From positions 222,178,263 through 222,242,262 of the forward strand of contig NC_052148.1 of the NCBI RefSeq assembly GCF_902713615.1: a DNA stretch of 64,000 nt. Reading direction: 5' to 3'. This DNA comes from Scyliorhinus canicula (Eukaryota). The notes below the pieces were generated by a model, which made no database searches, was not told the DNA's origin, and worked only from the letters and a program-made list of their open reading frames with translations. Positions within the stretch are counted from its first letter, which is position 1. Every line of letters begins with the position of its first letter. Below are positions 26,621-39,586 of the stretch, piece by piece. The position numbers and the translations under genes were made by a program.

Positions 26621-27215
26621 TCAACAATCAGAAAGAATAATCCAGCAAAGAAATTGTAAAGATTTCCTGATCCCTTTATTTAACATGTGCTTTCTTCAAC
26701 TGTAAGAGGGTACAAGAGGGTATAGGCTCGAGTCTATTTGACAAAAGACAGCACCAGTATCAAATCAGTTGTTGCATATCATAATTTGCCTGCCCTGTAT
26801 ACTCTGACAGTTTCAAGTGTACACAGCATCTTTTAGCAAGATGCATCCGAAAACACACGCCCCATTCAATGGTGAACATCTAAATCGCACAGATCAATTT
26901 TTACAAGTATATTTCTGCCACAGTGCTATAATGTTGATTCAGTAAACAATCTCATGTCATCCACAGCAGTATGAGTAAAAGTAACTGCAGAAATAGTCTA
27001 ATGATTAATTCCAATACCCTAAGTTATCACATGGAAATAGGTTTTTAAAAAATGTTTAAACCTTTAAATCAGGAATATTTTATGACAAAATTAATTCTCT
27101 ACTTTACCTGAAGTATATAATAATTTACCATGTATTAAAAGAAAATATGTTCTTATTTGCTTGCTGCAGTAGGTTGAACAGTGAAAGAAGAGACAGTTTA
27201 TGATAACACACTTAC

Positions 27216-27246
27216 CAGTTGCCTCAATTTGTGGTGGAGGATCCAT
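27216..27246 (-). CDS. ASIC5: probable ASIC5 first coding exon (MDPPPQIEAT-G)
   Basis: cccATGg start, 31 coding nt ending in phase 1, then a strong G|GTAAGT donor. Phase matches the phase-1 start of exon 2. Lies in a repeat-free island. No protein homology to confirm it. Confidence 0.55.
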
Positions 27247-27413
27247 GGGGAGGATAAATGAAGTTTAAGTGAGGATAAAATTAAGATCTTACACCAAGCT
27301 GTTGTACTGGGTATATTGACAGAGCTACTATTAGAACGGAATCAAGAATCACTCTTTGGAAGAGGAGGAAGGTGCTTTATCAATACAGGTGGATTACAAC
27401 AAACTGGGAGGAG

Positions 27414-27420
27414 TTTTATA
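27414..27420 (-). promoter_or_regulatory. candidate TATA box for ASIC5
   Basis: TATAAAA on the minus strand about 170 bp upstream of the candidate ATG. Confidence 0.3.
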
Positions 27421-29349
27421 CGAGTACATACTTCAAACTCTGTGCAGTGTTTTCCTGTTCAATACCTTCTTCTGGATACAGCCATGTCATTTCACACTCC
27501 ATTCACCATTTGTTCAAATATTCATGGTAGATACTTTCCAAATTAGACTCTTTATAACAATGTGGGCGATTTTGAGCCCGCACTCTCCGCCCGTGAGAAA
27601 TTTGGGGTGGCTCAAAGTCCTCTCAAAGAGAGAATTGAAAAATTCAATTCCTTCTAGCATGTATTGGGTTTCGGAAATTTCAACCATCTTTCTGATGGAG
27701 TTGTCCGAATCGCGCCATGGGAGTCCGGAAACCCCAGTTTAATACATTACCATGTCATTAGCGAGCACTCCGTCCAGAACTACTTCCCTCATAGAATATT
27801 CACCTGTCATCGGCGTGACATCATGCCAACTTCCTTTGTCCACAAATGCGTGAACCTGGAGAACCATGCCTGCCTAAGTGCGCAACTCCAAGGGAGATAT
27901 CAGAGGTGACCCTTGAGACAGCCATGATTCTCTAGGCTCTTCACTGCTCAGGGTGCATTGGAGAGGATGTTGGGGACGCAAATTAGTTCAGCTGTGGGCT
28001 GGGGCTGGGATTCAGTCACTCAATCTCGGGGGAAGGGGCCTCTAGCAGGTCTTACCGTCCATTCACTTCAGGGCACCCTTTGCTTTAAGGGGGTCTGGAG
28101 GCTAGTGTCCAGGCATCACATCCTGTGTCCTCCTTGCTGACCTTGTGGTCAAATCACCACTGAGGGAGTGCCTGTCCTTAATGGGAGAGGGAAAGTGGGT
28201 GGGAGGAGATGAATACTGAGAGTTGGCACTGGGGACAACTGTGAGATTCTTGGGTGGGATCCGATGAGAGACCAGACTGCAAGGGCAGAGTGGGGTTCTC
28301 AGAAATGGGTTGTATCCTTGCCTCATGAGGAAGTACAATTGAACTGTGAGTAGAACCACACACTTGTGGACCAAGGGGTTAAGCTGTATTGAATATAAAT
28401 TTCACATGTCCAGCAAGTTTGACTCTCAACAATAAGTGTGTAGGGCTGTGAAATAGGAGGATGAAGGTGCCCCTAGATGTGTGCTTGTCATGCTATTTGC
28501 AGGCTTCACTCTAATCAGCTGTATCTCCTCTGTCACAAGAGGCATTCAATTGCTTGATATGCAATTTCACCCTTCATTGACAAACTAATTGTGCCAATGA
28601 AATATGCAGGGCTAAAGTTTGCTGCCATTGATTGAAGTCTCAAATATGGCAGGGTCTGGGGTGCTTTATTGTCCCTTTTAATCACATTTCAGTTCAATGT
28701 TTTAAGTTTCATTTGCTTTTTGTTTTTGTTTACCCCTTTAAGGGGCTGTCCCTTTTACTTTGTCCCTCAGTTTGTTTAATTTAGTTTAATTGGCTCAATC
28801 AAAATAGCTGAACCCAATGTTCATACAAAGGTTTATACCACATAGGATACACTGATGTGAACCCCAATGAAAGGCTTCATGGTGATAACGATCATTACTC
28901 ACCCATTATAGGTCATGATGGCGTCTTCTTTGAGGTGCCCCGTGAGGATGCAGATGCGGATGCCATGCATCCACACAAGAGCCCTGTCACCTAATGCAAG
29001 GAGTGGGAGGACGGGGATTGGTAGTGGCTGGAAAACGTGCCAGTGTCCAACCGCTTAATCCTGGTGGGGCTGAGAGGTACAGGTGTGGGGATCTGCCAAT
29101 GTGAAAGGGGAGGGTGTGAGGCCTAGTGGACAGGCACTCGCTAAGTGGGAAGGTCCCAGAGGGAGTTGAGGGCTTAGCGGCAGGGCCTTCTCAGGAATCC
29201 TCACTTTAGTTTTCGTCTCTTTTCAATGCATAATTGTCGAGTTGGCATTTCTATTACTTGTGATAAAGCAGCAGCAGAGTCAGATGTGCTGCTGCACCTG
29301 GCCAGGACTTGCGCACTGCAGAGGAGGAGGATGCTGGGCCCATAACTGC

Positions 29350-30180
29350 CCCATTTGAGACTGTACCGGCAAAGTGTCCCTGACATCAGTCTTCCGAGCC
29401 ACAGTGCCAGAGACGACTGCGCCTGACCCGGTGGACAGTGGAGCACCTTTGCCATGTCCTGCAAGAAATGGCACCACATTAAATAGGAGGACACGCACTA
29501 CCCATTAAATTGATGGGCGCTCTGAAATTCTATGCGAGTGGCTCATTTCAAGGTCGCATTGGTGATCTGTGTGGAATCTCCCATTCAGTTGTACACAAAT
29601 ACAGCAGAAAAGGGACAGGTGCTCCTTATGTGAGAGCCCACAACCTGGACTGGGTCCTGGAGAGCCAAGACGCCAGGGCCATGGCCTTTGTCCACTTAGC
29701 TGCAGGGTGTAATAGATTTCACCCACATGGCCCTGCGGTCTCCATGACATTCTGTGGTGCCATTTATGAACGGCAAGGAATACCATTCCCTCATCGTGAC
29801 CACGCGATGTGAATCATGCAGGTGTGTGCCAGTTTCTCGGGGAGAATCCATGATAGTTACATCTTGGGGTGCTTACAGTGTTTGAGGAAGAGCAGCATCT
29901 GGAGGGATGGCTTCTCGAGGACAAGGTGTACCCAATAAGGAGGTGGATGATGACGCCAGTGCAGAGGCCACAAAAGGAGGTGTAGACTCTCAACAATGAA
30001 GCTCATGCTTCAACGGCGTGCTGGTCGAGCAGGCGCTTGGACTGCTGAAGATGTGGTTCCAGTGCCTGGACTGGTCGGGTGTGCCCTCCAGTACAGCCCC
30101 CACAGGGTGTCCCGCATTATTGTGGTCTGCGATGCTCTCCACAACTTGTTGCTGCAGAGGCGAGTCCATCTAGAATAGGA
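29350..30180 (+). mobile_element. PIF/Harbinger transposase pseudogene
   Basis: ALKFYASGSFQGRIGDLCGISHSVVHKY and ALQYSPHRVSRIIVVCDALHNL are typical HARBI1/Harbinger transposase segments. Frameshifted. Confidence 0.85.
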
Positions 30181-30185
30181 GTAGA

Positions 30186-30920
30186 TGGGGGAGCTCCACA
30201 TCTCCATGTATGAGGGGGAGCCATTTTTACCAACCGGCCAACCTTCGGGACCCAACCCGGCCGACCTTCGCGACCCACGCCGGCCGACCTGCATGACCCA
30301 CACCGGCCGACCTGCGCGACCCACCATTTTCTCTTACCTCGTTTGCTGCTGACAAAAATGGAGGAAATGTTTTGGGTCCCTTTGGCCCTCGTACACACTC
30401 CTCCAATGGAACCTGTTGGATGAAGGTGAAGCCTTCTGGTGTCGGAAAGTATGGAGTCTCCATCTGTCCAAAGTTCTGCATTTTCTTCTGTAAAAGTTTA
30501 TCCAATAAAACTCTCCCGAATTTTAAAAACAAATGAAATGAATAAACTAAATGAAAACAATAAATATTAAATGAATAAAATAAATGAATAAAATGAATTA
30601 AACCCCCCCGAACTTGTAAAACAAAAAGCTGCGACCATTAAAAAAAAGCAGCTGCACTGCGCATGCGTGCCCGATCATTGGCGCACATGCGCATAGTTTT
30701 GCCCATGCACGCAGATGATCTGGCACACATGTGCAGTGCAGCCGCATTTTTTTACATGTTCATAGCCATTTTAAAGGCCGCTTGCAGCCGGCGTTACTAT
30801 CAGGCGGGTGCTGCGCGCAGATTTGAATGATCGGGAGCGCCGCGACAGATGGCTCCGCGACCCTCCTGACACCCGCCCATGACCGACCCCCGAGTAGCGC
30901 CCCCAAGTTTGACAATACCT
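30186..30920. mobile_element. non-autonomous DNA element (hAT-like end) with internal 21-bp tandem repeats and an inverted repeat
   Basis: CGGCCGACC..CGACCCA units at 30235-30322, inverted repeat at 30640-30753, end CCCCAAGTTTGACAATACCT. Confidence 0.5.
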
Positions 30921-31212
30921 TCCTTAGGCCATGGTCAGGGCCCACTTGGGCTGTCAGCCAGTGTCATCCTCATAGCCTCTAGGTTTGGGGACGAGCAGGA
31001 CCAGGGGTGAGGAGGTCTCATACGTGGGGAATGTTATCTCAGGGTTAGCGTAGTGCCAGCGATAGGGTTTCATGGTGGTGCCCGATTCTATGGGAAGAGC
31101 AATAAAGCTATGGGCTGGATCTGCAGAAGACTGATGATGACTTGCATTGAAGACAGCGTGATGCCCCGCTCATCCTCAGCATTATGTCTGACTCCTGCCT
31201 GACAGAGAGCTA

Positions 31213-31526
31213 GGGCTGGCACGGTGGTTAGTACTTCTGCCTCACAATGCCAGGGACCCAGGTTCAATTCTGACCTTGGGTCACTGTCTGTGTGAAGTTT
31301 GTACATTCTCCCTGTGTCTGCGTGAGTTTCCTCCGGATGTTCCGGTTTCCTCCCACAATCCAAAGATGTGCAGGTTAGATGGTTTGGCCATTCAAAATTG
31401 CCCCTTCATGTCCAAAGGGTAGTTGGGTCTACAGGGATGGGGGGGGGGGGAGGGGAGTGAGCTCTTTCAGAGGGTCGATGGGCCAAATGGCCTCCTTCTG
31501 CAATATAGGTATTCTATGATTCTATG
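31213..31526 (+). mobile_element. HE1 SINE
   Basis: tRNA head, V-domain and TTCTATG tail. Confidence 0.85.
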
Positions 31527-32420
31527 AACGCATCTTTCAATGAGCGGGTTTATCATGGGAATTTAGAGATGCAAAATGAGCTCTCATCTGCAACTGCCCC
31601 TTCAAGATCTGGAATTCTGTTGTGTTCCTCCAACTAACCTCTGAGGTGAGTCATCCTCTTTACACTTTGTCAACCCCATGGCATCCTCATCACTGGAGAG
31701 GAATGGCTGCGATGAGAGGCCTGAGCGTTGAGGCTGGGGGGATGGCTAGGGGGCAGCAGCTGTGCGTCTTCACTGTGTCATCAGTGTGGGAGGTGGGAAC
31801 GACATAGCTGCCATTCGTACACTGCACAGGGATAAAGCACCGAGTGTGCGTGGGGGTTTGTGGAACATTTTGCCATGAATTGACAGGGAGGAGAATGTGC
31901 TGGTGAACAAAGTGATATTTATTTACATATACTTTTTTATGGTGGTGAGCTATCTTAGCTCTTGCCTCAGCTCACCCATGACCACAATGTGCCTGCAGTT
32001 TCTTACACATCCTTAACCCTACACAAAGTCTAGGTGTTTCCCCAAGATCCACAGCTGAGCTTGAGGCAGTCGGCTGCCTTCCACACCCTGTTGCCTGAGA
32101 TGATTTTAGCGGGCATCCCCTGGGGGACCTGGTCCCTGAGGGCCCGGGCCTACTTTCAGGCAGTATGGGTGTTGCAGTGCTACTGTCTTCGATGTTCAGG
32201 GCTGGAAGTGTCAGGGAGGGAGGTGTCAGAGGGGAGTCTGGTACCAGACTTATGAAAGACATATCCTATCCAGCAGAGATGCTTTTGAGTGATTAGCACC
32301 TCAATACTGAACATATTGGCTTGGGTGAGGGCGCTCAGTTTGATTACCTTTCTTGCCACTGGATTTGGAGGATTTTCCAAGGCTGCAATGGAATGCTCTC
32401 CAATTGTAGTGTGTTTCTGG

Positions 32421-33175
32421 TGTCATGATGATGGAGATAAAGTCTGAAATTATGCACAGAAATATTAGACTTTTAAGAAAGACCTGGGTTGTATATTTTT
32501 AAAAATGGACACAGACACCGCAGATAGCTACGAATGTACAACTATCCACTGACAGGAATGGCTGTAGGGGGTTTCTCTAAGGAACAATGGAACCCCTCCG
32601 TGTGCTTCCAGACATGGTACTTATAAAACCATTCAAAACTGGTTACCATCTCTGATAAGGACAAAGGGACATAATAGCACTCTCAACTCCAAGACCCTGG
32701 GCATAATGGCCTAGGCAGGCGAATACATTCTGGTCCTCTTGGAATACACATATCTGGGGGCAAAAGGCCTGCTTTCCACCAGCCTGGTCTATTCTGTCTG
32801 TTGGTATGTGTGAGTATGTGCAATGAGAAAAGCAGCTGAACATTTGCCACACTGAAGAGAATTCAATAACCAAGGCAGGGACCCTGCAAAAATAACCAGC
32901 TTTTTCAGGATCGTTAAAACTCTTTCTCTCTTCCTGTGAAAGCCGATTAGCCAGCAGAAGGATCGCAGCTGGAAAAGAACTGAAATCTCTACCAAACTAC
33001 CAACTGGAGGACATCTAAACCCATAAATCTACTCTTTGCCAGCAGAAACCAACTATACTGAAAACAATTATAACAGCTGCAACGCGTCTTCATCTACTCC
33101 TTGCAACTGAAGGATTATTCTGTGTAACTTCTTAAAATATTTACTTACGATTTGACTCAATTCTTATCTCTAATC
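32421..33175 (+). mobile_element. possible LTR fragment
   Basis: Starts TGTCATGA with LTR-like composition; 3' end interrupted by a LINE. Confidence 0.35.
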
Positions 33176-34022
33176 TGTATTTAGATTTCGATTTATTGTC
33201 ACATGTACTGAGGTACAGTGAAAAGTATTGTTCTGCGTGCAGTGCAGGCAGGTCACTCCATACATGAAAAAACATAGGACATATGATAAATCCGTGCCGA
33301 AAGCCGTGCTTATTAGGTGAATTGGACATTCTGAATTCTCCCTCAGTGTGCCTGAACAGGCGCCGGAGTGTGGCGACTAGGGAATTTTCATAGTAACTTC
33401 ATTGCAGGGTTAATGTAAGCCTACTTGTGACACTAATAAAGATTATTATTATAGAAAAAGTACACAATGTAAATATATAGACATAGGCATCGGGTGATGC
33501 ATATGGAGTGTAGTGCTACACAGTAGTGAAGATGCATAAAGAGATCAGATCAGTCCATAAGACGGTCATTTAGGAGTCTGGTAACAGCAGGGAAGAAGTT
33601 GTTTTTGATCTGTTGGTGTATGTTCTCAGACTTTTGTATCTTCTGCCCATTGGAAGAGAAAATAACCTGGGTTGGAGGAGTCTTTGATCATGCTGCCTGC
33701 TTTCCCATGGCAGCAGGAAGTGTAGACAGAGTCAATGGATAGGAGGTGGGATTGCGTGATGGACTGGGTTTTGTTAACGACTCTCTAAAGTTTCTTACGG
33801 TCTTGGGCCAATCTGTTGCCACATCAGGCTGTGATACAGCCAGATAGGATGCTTTACGTAGTGCATCTTTAAAAATTGGCAAGAGTCAATGTGGACATGG
33901 CGAATTTCCATAGTTCCTGAGGAAGTAGAGGCACTCTTGTGCTTTCTTGGTCGTAGCATCGAAGTGGATGGACCAGGTCAAATTGTTTGTGATGTGCACA
34001 CTTAGGAATTTGAATTTGTCAA

Positions 34023-34105
34023 GCAGACAGTGACCCAAGCCGGAATCGAACCTGGGACCCTGGAGCTGTGAAGCAATTGTGCTATCCACAATGCTACCAT
34101 GCTGC
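34023..34105 (-). mobile_element. HE1 SINE head (inverted, fused to the CR1 fragment)
   Basis: Reverse complement of the HE1 tRNA region. Confidence 0.8.
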
Positions 34106-34980
34106 GCAGGATGAGTTGTGGACAGTGCGGAAGGATGTTACAAGTTACAGAGGGACATAGATAAGCTGCAGAGCTGGGCTGAGAGGTGGCAAATGGAGTT
34201 TAATGCAGAAAAGTGTGAGGTGATTCATTTTGGAAGGAGTAACAGGAAGACAGAGTACTGGGCTAATGGTAAGATTCTTGGTAGTGTGGATGAGCAGAGA
34301 GAGCTCGGTGTCCATGTACATAGATCCCTGAAAGTTGCCACCCAGGTTGAGAGGGTTGTTAAGAAGGCGTACAGTGTGTTAGCTTTTATTGGTCGGGGGA
34401 TTGAGTTTCGGAGCCATGGGGTCATGTTGAAGCTGTATAAAACTCTGGTGCGGCTGCATTTGGAGTATTGCATGCAATTCTGGTCGCCGCATTATAGGAA
34501 GGAGGTGGAAGCATTGGAAAGGGTGCAGAGGAGATTTACCAGGATGTTGCTTGGTATGGAGGGAAGATCTTATGAGGGAAGGCTGAAGGACTTGAGGCTG
34601 TTTTCGTTAGAGAAGAAGGTTACGAGGTGACTTAATTGAGGCATACAAGATGATCAGAGGATTAGGTAGGATGGACATTGAGAGCCCTTTTCCTCGGATG
34701 GTGATGGCTTGCACGAGGGGACATAGCTTTAAATTGAGGGGAGATAGATATAAGACAGATGTGAGAGGTAGGTTCTTTACTCAGAGAGTAGTAAGAGCGT
34801 GGAATGCCCTGTCTGCAACAGTAGTGGACTCGCCAACATTAAAGGCATTTAAATGGTCATTTGATAAACATATGGATGATAAGGGAATAGTGTAGATGGG
34901 CTTTAGATTGGTTTCACAGGTTGGCGCAACATCGAGGGCCGAAGGGCCTGTACCGCGCTGTAATGTTCTATGTTCTATGT
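34106..34980 (+). mobile_element. CR1/HER1-type LINE, 5'-truncated
   Basis: LQRDIDKLQSWAERWQMEFNAEKCEVIHFG...LEYCMQFWSPHYRK...LERVQRRFTRML, with a (TTCTATG)n tail identical to the HE1 tails. Confidence 0.92.
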
Positions 34981-35498
34981 TTTATCTCCACCTTGGAACC
35001 ATTGCTGCAAAAAGGGGCGTGTGCGATACTTTGCTTCCTGAAGTCGATGATCTGTTCCTTAGTTTGCTGACATTGAAGGAGAGATTGTTGTCATTGCATC
35101 ATGCTACTAGGTTCTCTGTCTCCCTCCTGTACTCTGACTCATCATTGTTTGAGACTGATCCATTACGATGGTGTCATCAGCAAACTTGTAGATGGATTTG
35201 AAGCCACACAGTCGTGTGTGTGTAAAGGCTATAGTAGAGGTCTAAATACGCAGCCTTGTGGGGCCCTGCTATTGAGGGTTATTGTGGAGGAGATGTTATT
35301 GTTTATCCTTACTGATTGTGGTCTATTGGTCAGGTAGTCAAAGATCCAGTTGCAAAGGGAGGAGCCAGTTCCTAGGTTTTGGAGTTTGAATATGAGTTTG
35401 GCTGGGATTATGGTGTTGAAGGCGGAGCTGTAATCAATAAATAAGAGTCTGACGTAGGAGTCCTTCAGGGTTGAGCGTAGGGCCAGGGAGATAGCGTC

Positions 35499-36809
35499 AG
35501 AGGATGATGATTACGATGATGATAATTACGATCACTATGATTACGATGAGCAAAGTGAAGAATTAGATGATGAGCCAGAAGAGGAAGAACATGAAAGACT
35601 ATTCAGTTGGTTTGGCAGGAGTGACGAGGTGGTCACAAGTAGCATCCAATCTGCTCAGGACAATGGTAAGTGTGAAAGCTCTAACATGGCGTGTGCAAAA
35701 GCCATGAATGTGGGATTGCAAAAGCAGAGCAAACAGACGAGAGCAAATTGACTGCAAACAGACTGGTAACTGAAGAAATAATCCCCATTTTGAAGAAATT
35801 GGCTCAAGAGACATATGATGTATCGTCCCATGCCCATGGGATGGTTCCTGCAGTGAATTCCCCAATACTCGAGGCCAGTCCACCAAAAGACTTTGAGGAA
35901 GAACAGATGGATACATCTTCGTCCAGTTCTCCAACAAAAGACAAAACATGTATTGTGATATCGGATGAGGATGAGCCACCAATCAGTTCTCCAACAAGAC
36001 AAAGCATATATTTTCATGGTAGATGAGGAAGAGCCAGTAATTGAGGCTAAAACACAAAGGGAAGAAGCAACACCTAATGTTGATGACAATGATCCAGCTA
36101 AGATACTGGAACGCGAGGGTTTGCAGATCATTCCTGAAGTCGCAGACTTGCCTGCAACAGTGAAAGCATCCAAAAGTATGCCGACAGTGGATGCCTCACC
36201 AGGTGATGGGCATGCAGTGCAGTGTTCGAGCACAAGCACCATGGATCAACCAAAACTCCTCAATCCAGCAAAGGCTTCAGAATCAGCTATTGTGGCAGAA
36301 GAAACAGAATCAGCTATCACAGCAAAAGATCCAGAAGCAGTCATTGTTAACAAGGGATCCAGAAACAGCTAATGCCATGGTCGAGTCCAGTAGCAAGAAC
36401 GATGCCACTAAAGCTGAGAAGAAATGGAGAAGGAAAGAGCTGATAATTAAAGAGAAAAAGGAAGGGTAAGAGCGTCCAGGACACAGTTGGTCGACTGGGT
36501 CGCACCATTGACAGTGAAGATACAAGCAACAGCAAGAAGGCCAATATACAAGAAAATGCACAGAGACGGAGCAGAAGCATCGCTCCAAAAGGCTGAAATA
36601 GTTAGTGCAAAGACCAGCCAGAAAACCAGTCTTCTGAAAGTTGAAGCAAGGTTAAGTATCTGGCCAAGGGTCAGGAGAACAACAAGGCTATGTTGTTGTG
36701 AATATGTAATAAACTGTGCACAAGGGACATGTTTAAAATTATTATGCAGATCATGCTTTGGAAAGCATGGTTGCATTTGTAAATGTCAACACTTCCAAAG
36801 GAAGGGGGA
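35499..36809 (+). pseudogene. internal region of a second NAP1-capturing LTR element (acidic tract, conserved helix, SIM-like repeats, basic tail); 5' part lost
   Basis: [64 protein letters not shown] and KHRSKR align in order with motifs in 48430-49777. Ends in PPT AAAGGAAGGGGGA. The NAP domain itself is not present in this copy. Confidence 0.75.
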
Positions 36810-37113
36810 TGTAGTGATATGCCTGTGCACAGTAATGTTTATTGTTATTGATATGACCTCCAACCAGCAGGTGGTGATAGAGATCTACCATGTGACTCGA
36901 GGTGTCCTGCAGTCGGTAGTAAGTTGTACTAGAGGATAGTCGCACTAGAAGTAGCTCCAGGAGAATTCATGAATTCATTGATTTGTTGCCGTTTGTATCT
37001 TAGATCATTAGTTATCTTTCTACGTGTTTATTTTGTTAATAAAGTATCTTACTAATCAAAGAACTCAAAGTTCTGTGTTTATCTGTACTACGGCCACAAC
37101 ACAGAACATAACA
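36810..37113 (+). mobile_element. 3' LTR of the second element
   Basis: Follows the PPT; TGTAGTGATATGCC...CATAACA termini; AATAAA near 37038; shares ACCTCCAACCAGCAGGTGG with the LTRs at 46912 and 50526. Confidence 0.8.
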
Positions 37114-38633
37114 AATACAAGATCGAGAACTAGAGTCCGTGCAAACACTATGCTGATGTCACTACAGATCAGTTGACATCCCACCAGCAGAGAATATATT
37201 ACTTATTACCTTTTACTTCTTTACTATAGACAACAATTTTTTTCTTATTATTTAAAAAACAGACCCAATTATGCATTAAATACTTCACTTTGTGCTATTA
37301 TCTTTTTTTACATATGCACATATTTAATAAGACAGTCTCTCAGGTGGACGTCAATTTTGGGTTGCACTCAATGTTCTACAATCTGGCTACTTGAGACCTT
37401 TAAAGTGTCTTCTTTTCTTTTGTTGGGACTGTTTCCTGTGAAGTTACTTCAGTGTCTGTCTCCATTGGTGTTAAATATTCTTCAGAAACAGGGTCTGAAT
37501 TTGTCTCTCTGCTTGGTTTCTGTTCAGAAGTATCACTGCTTAGATTTTCTGATGGAAATACTTCTTTGGAAGTTTCAGTGATTTTACTTTGTGAAGCTAG
37601 TAGTTGGTCGGGATGATGCGTCCGAACTCTCTCGTCATCCAACTGTACGGTATATGATATTGGATCTGTTTTTGCTATGATAACAGCAGATACCGATTTC
37701 TCATTTGTAGTGTAGCTTCTTGCTAACACTTGTTCTCCTTGAGTGAATTCTCACTCAATCTGTGCTTGTCATTGTTGTTTGACAACCTCTGAAGTATCAG
37801 GTTGTATCAAAAGGTCAAACTTTGCTCTTAGTTTCCTTTTGAAAAGCAGCATTACTGGTGAACTCTGTGTCATTGTGTTTGCGGTTTGTCGGTATGACAT
37901 CAAGACGTCATTCACTTTTCTTGAAAATCCCTTCTTTCTTTGATGCCTTGATTGAGTGTTTAAGTGACCGTACAAATCACTCGGCCAATCCGATTGTTGC
38001 AGGATGGTACGGAGCTGACTTAATGTACCGAATACCATTTCCTTTCAAGTAGTCTTTGAACTCCTCGGACGTGAACTGGCCTCCATTTTCACTTACAACC
38101 TGCTCCAGTCTACCAAATCCAAATATTTCATACATTTTCTCAATAGTTTGTCTGTCATCATGGATTTCACAATCACTACTTCTGGCCATTCAGAGTGTCA
38201 ATCTACAATTACTAAAAACATGTGTCCCTCAATTGGACCAGAGTAGTTAGTGTGTATTCTCTGCCACAGTTGTTTCGACCATTCCATGGATGTAAGGGTT
38301 GCTGTAGTGGAATGTTTCTTAGTTTTACACAGGACTGACATTGTCCCACTCTCTTTTCGATTTGAGCATTTAATTCTGGCCACCAAAATAACTGTATGTC
38401 AGTTACTTTCTGACCATGCTACGGGGTCCCTCATGTAGTAGATCAAGGATTTTGTTATGGAGCAATATTACTCGGATTCCCCATAATAAAACTCCATTCT
38501 GGACTGTCAACTTAAGTCTTCTTGTGATGTAGGTCTTGTGGTCTGGAGCTTTACAGTGTACATTCATCATCGTTCCATTTAGGACCATATCCATAATCTT
38601 CCCCATCACTGGATCGGTTCTTGTATATATCTA

Positions 38634-38816
38634 GGGCAGAATTCTCCATCCCGCCAGACCCGTTTTCTGAGATGGTGCGGGCCCCACCGGCAGTGGGATC
38701 CTCTGTCCCAAGCAGCCGGCCGATTGGGTTTCGCATTGTGGCCATCCACACGCCATCGGCAAATCCGGGGGCGTGAGTGTGTTGCCGGAGGATCCCGCCG
38801 ACGGAGAATCCCGCCC
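38634..38816. mobile_element. Harbinger-type MITE
   Basis: TIRs GGGCAGAATTCTCC / GGAGAATCCCGCCC with 3-bp flanks CTA/TTA. Confidence 0.8.
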
Positions 38817-39586
38817 TTATACTTGAGATGAAGTCTCAGCTACATTATCCACCTGTGGGAAATATAGGATGTTGACAACATTTTCTTCAGGTTATTGCTT
38901 GATTTGTAATGGCAATCTTGACAAAGTATCAGCATTTGGATGTTTCTCCGATTTACAATATTGGATACCTATGCGCCGATAATCTGAAAGACCATCGCCA
39001 TAACCTACTATCTGCTAATTTATATGACCCGAAGAGGGTCAGTGATCTGTCAAGAGTGTAAAATAATGTTAATAAAGGTATTGGTGAAACGTTCTTACTC
39101 TGAATATTTTGCTCAAAGCTTCTTTTTCTCGCTGAATGTAATTTTTTTCTGTGCTATAAGTGTTCGTGAAGTGAATGCTATCAGTCGTTCCTCTCCTGAA
39201 GGCATTATGTATGAGACAACTGCATCAACTCCATAGGGTGATGCATTGCATGCAGATTGTAACTTCAGCTTGGGATTGTAATGAACCAATAGCCCTGACT
39301 TATTTAACACTATCTTTATCTCTTTATACGCCCCTTTTCATTCTTCTGACCAGTGCCTTACCTGTTTGGCAAAGTATGTAAAGACTTGAATCCCGTTACT
39401 AAATTTGGGACAAATTTCCCTTATTAATTGATTAATCTCAGAAACAACCTCAGTTGTACAACAGTTTGAGAACACATTACTTCTAAGATTTCATATTTTT
39501 CGGCTCCTAATACAAACCATATTTATCGATGACTTAATTCAGGTTGTTTATGGATGTCTTGAAAAAGTCACACTTTTCCTTTTTAA

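Larger units (their letters stand above)
33180..35498 (-). mobile_element. Rex1/Babar-like non-LTR retrotransposon remnant with nested SINE and CR1 insertions
   Basis: FKFLSVHITNNLTWSIHFDATTKKAQECLYFLR; KFADDT-like RT motif on the minus strand near 35170-35190; 3' tail at 33180. Confidence 0.75.
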
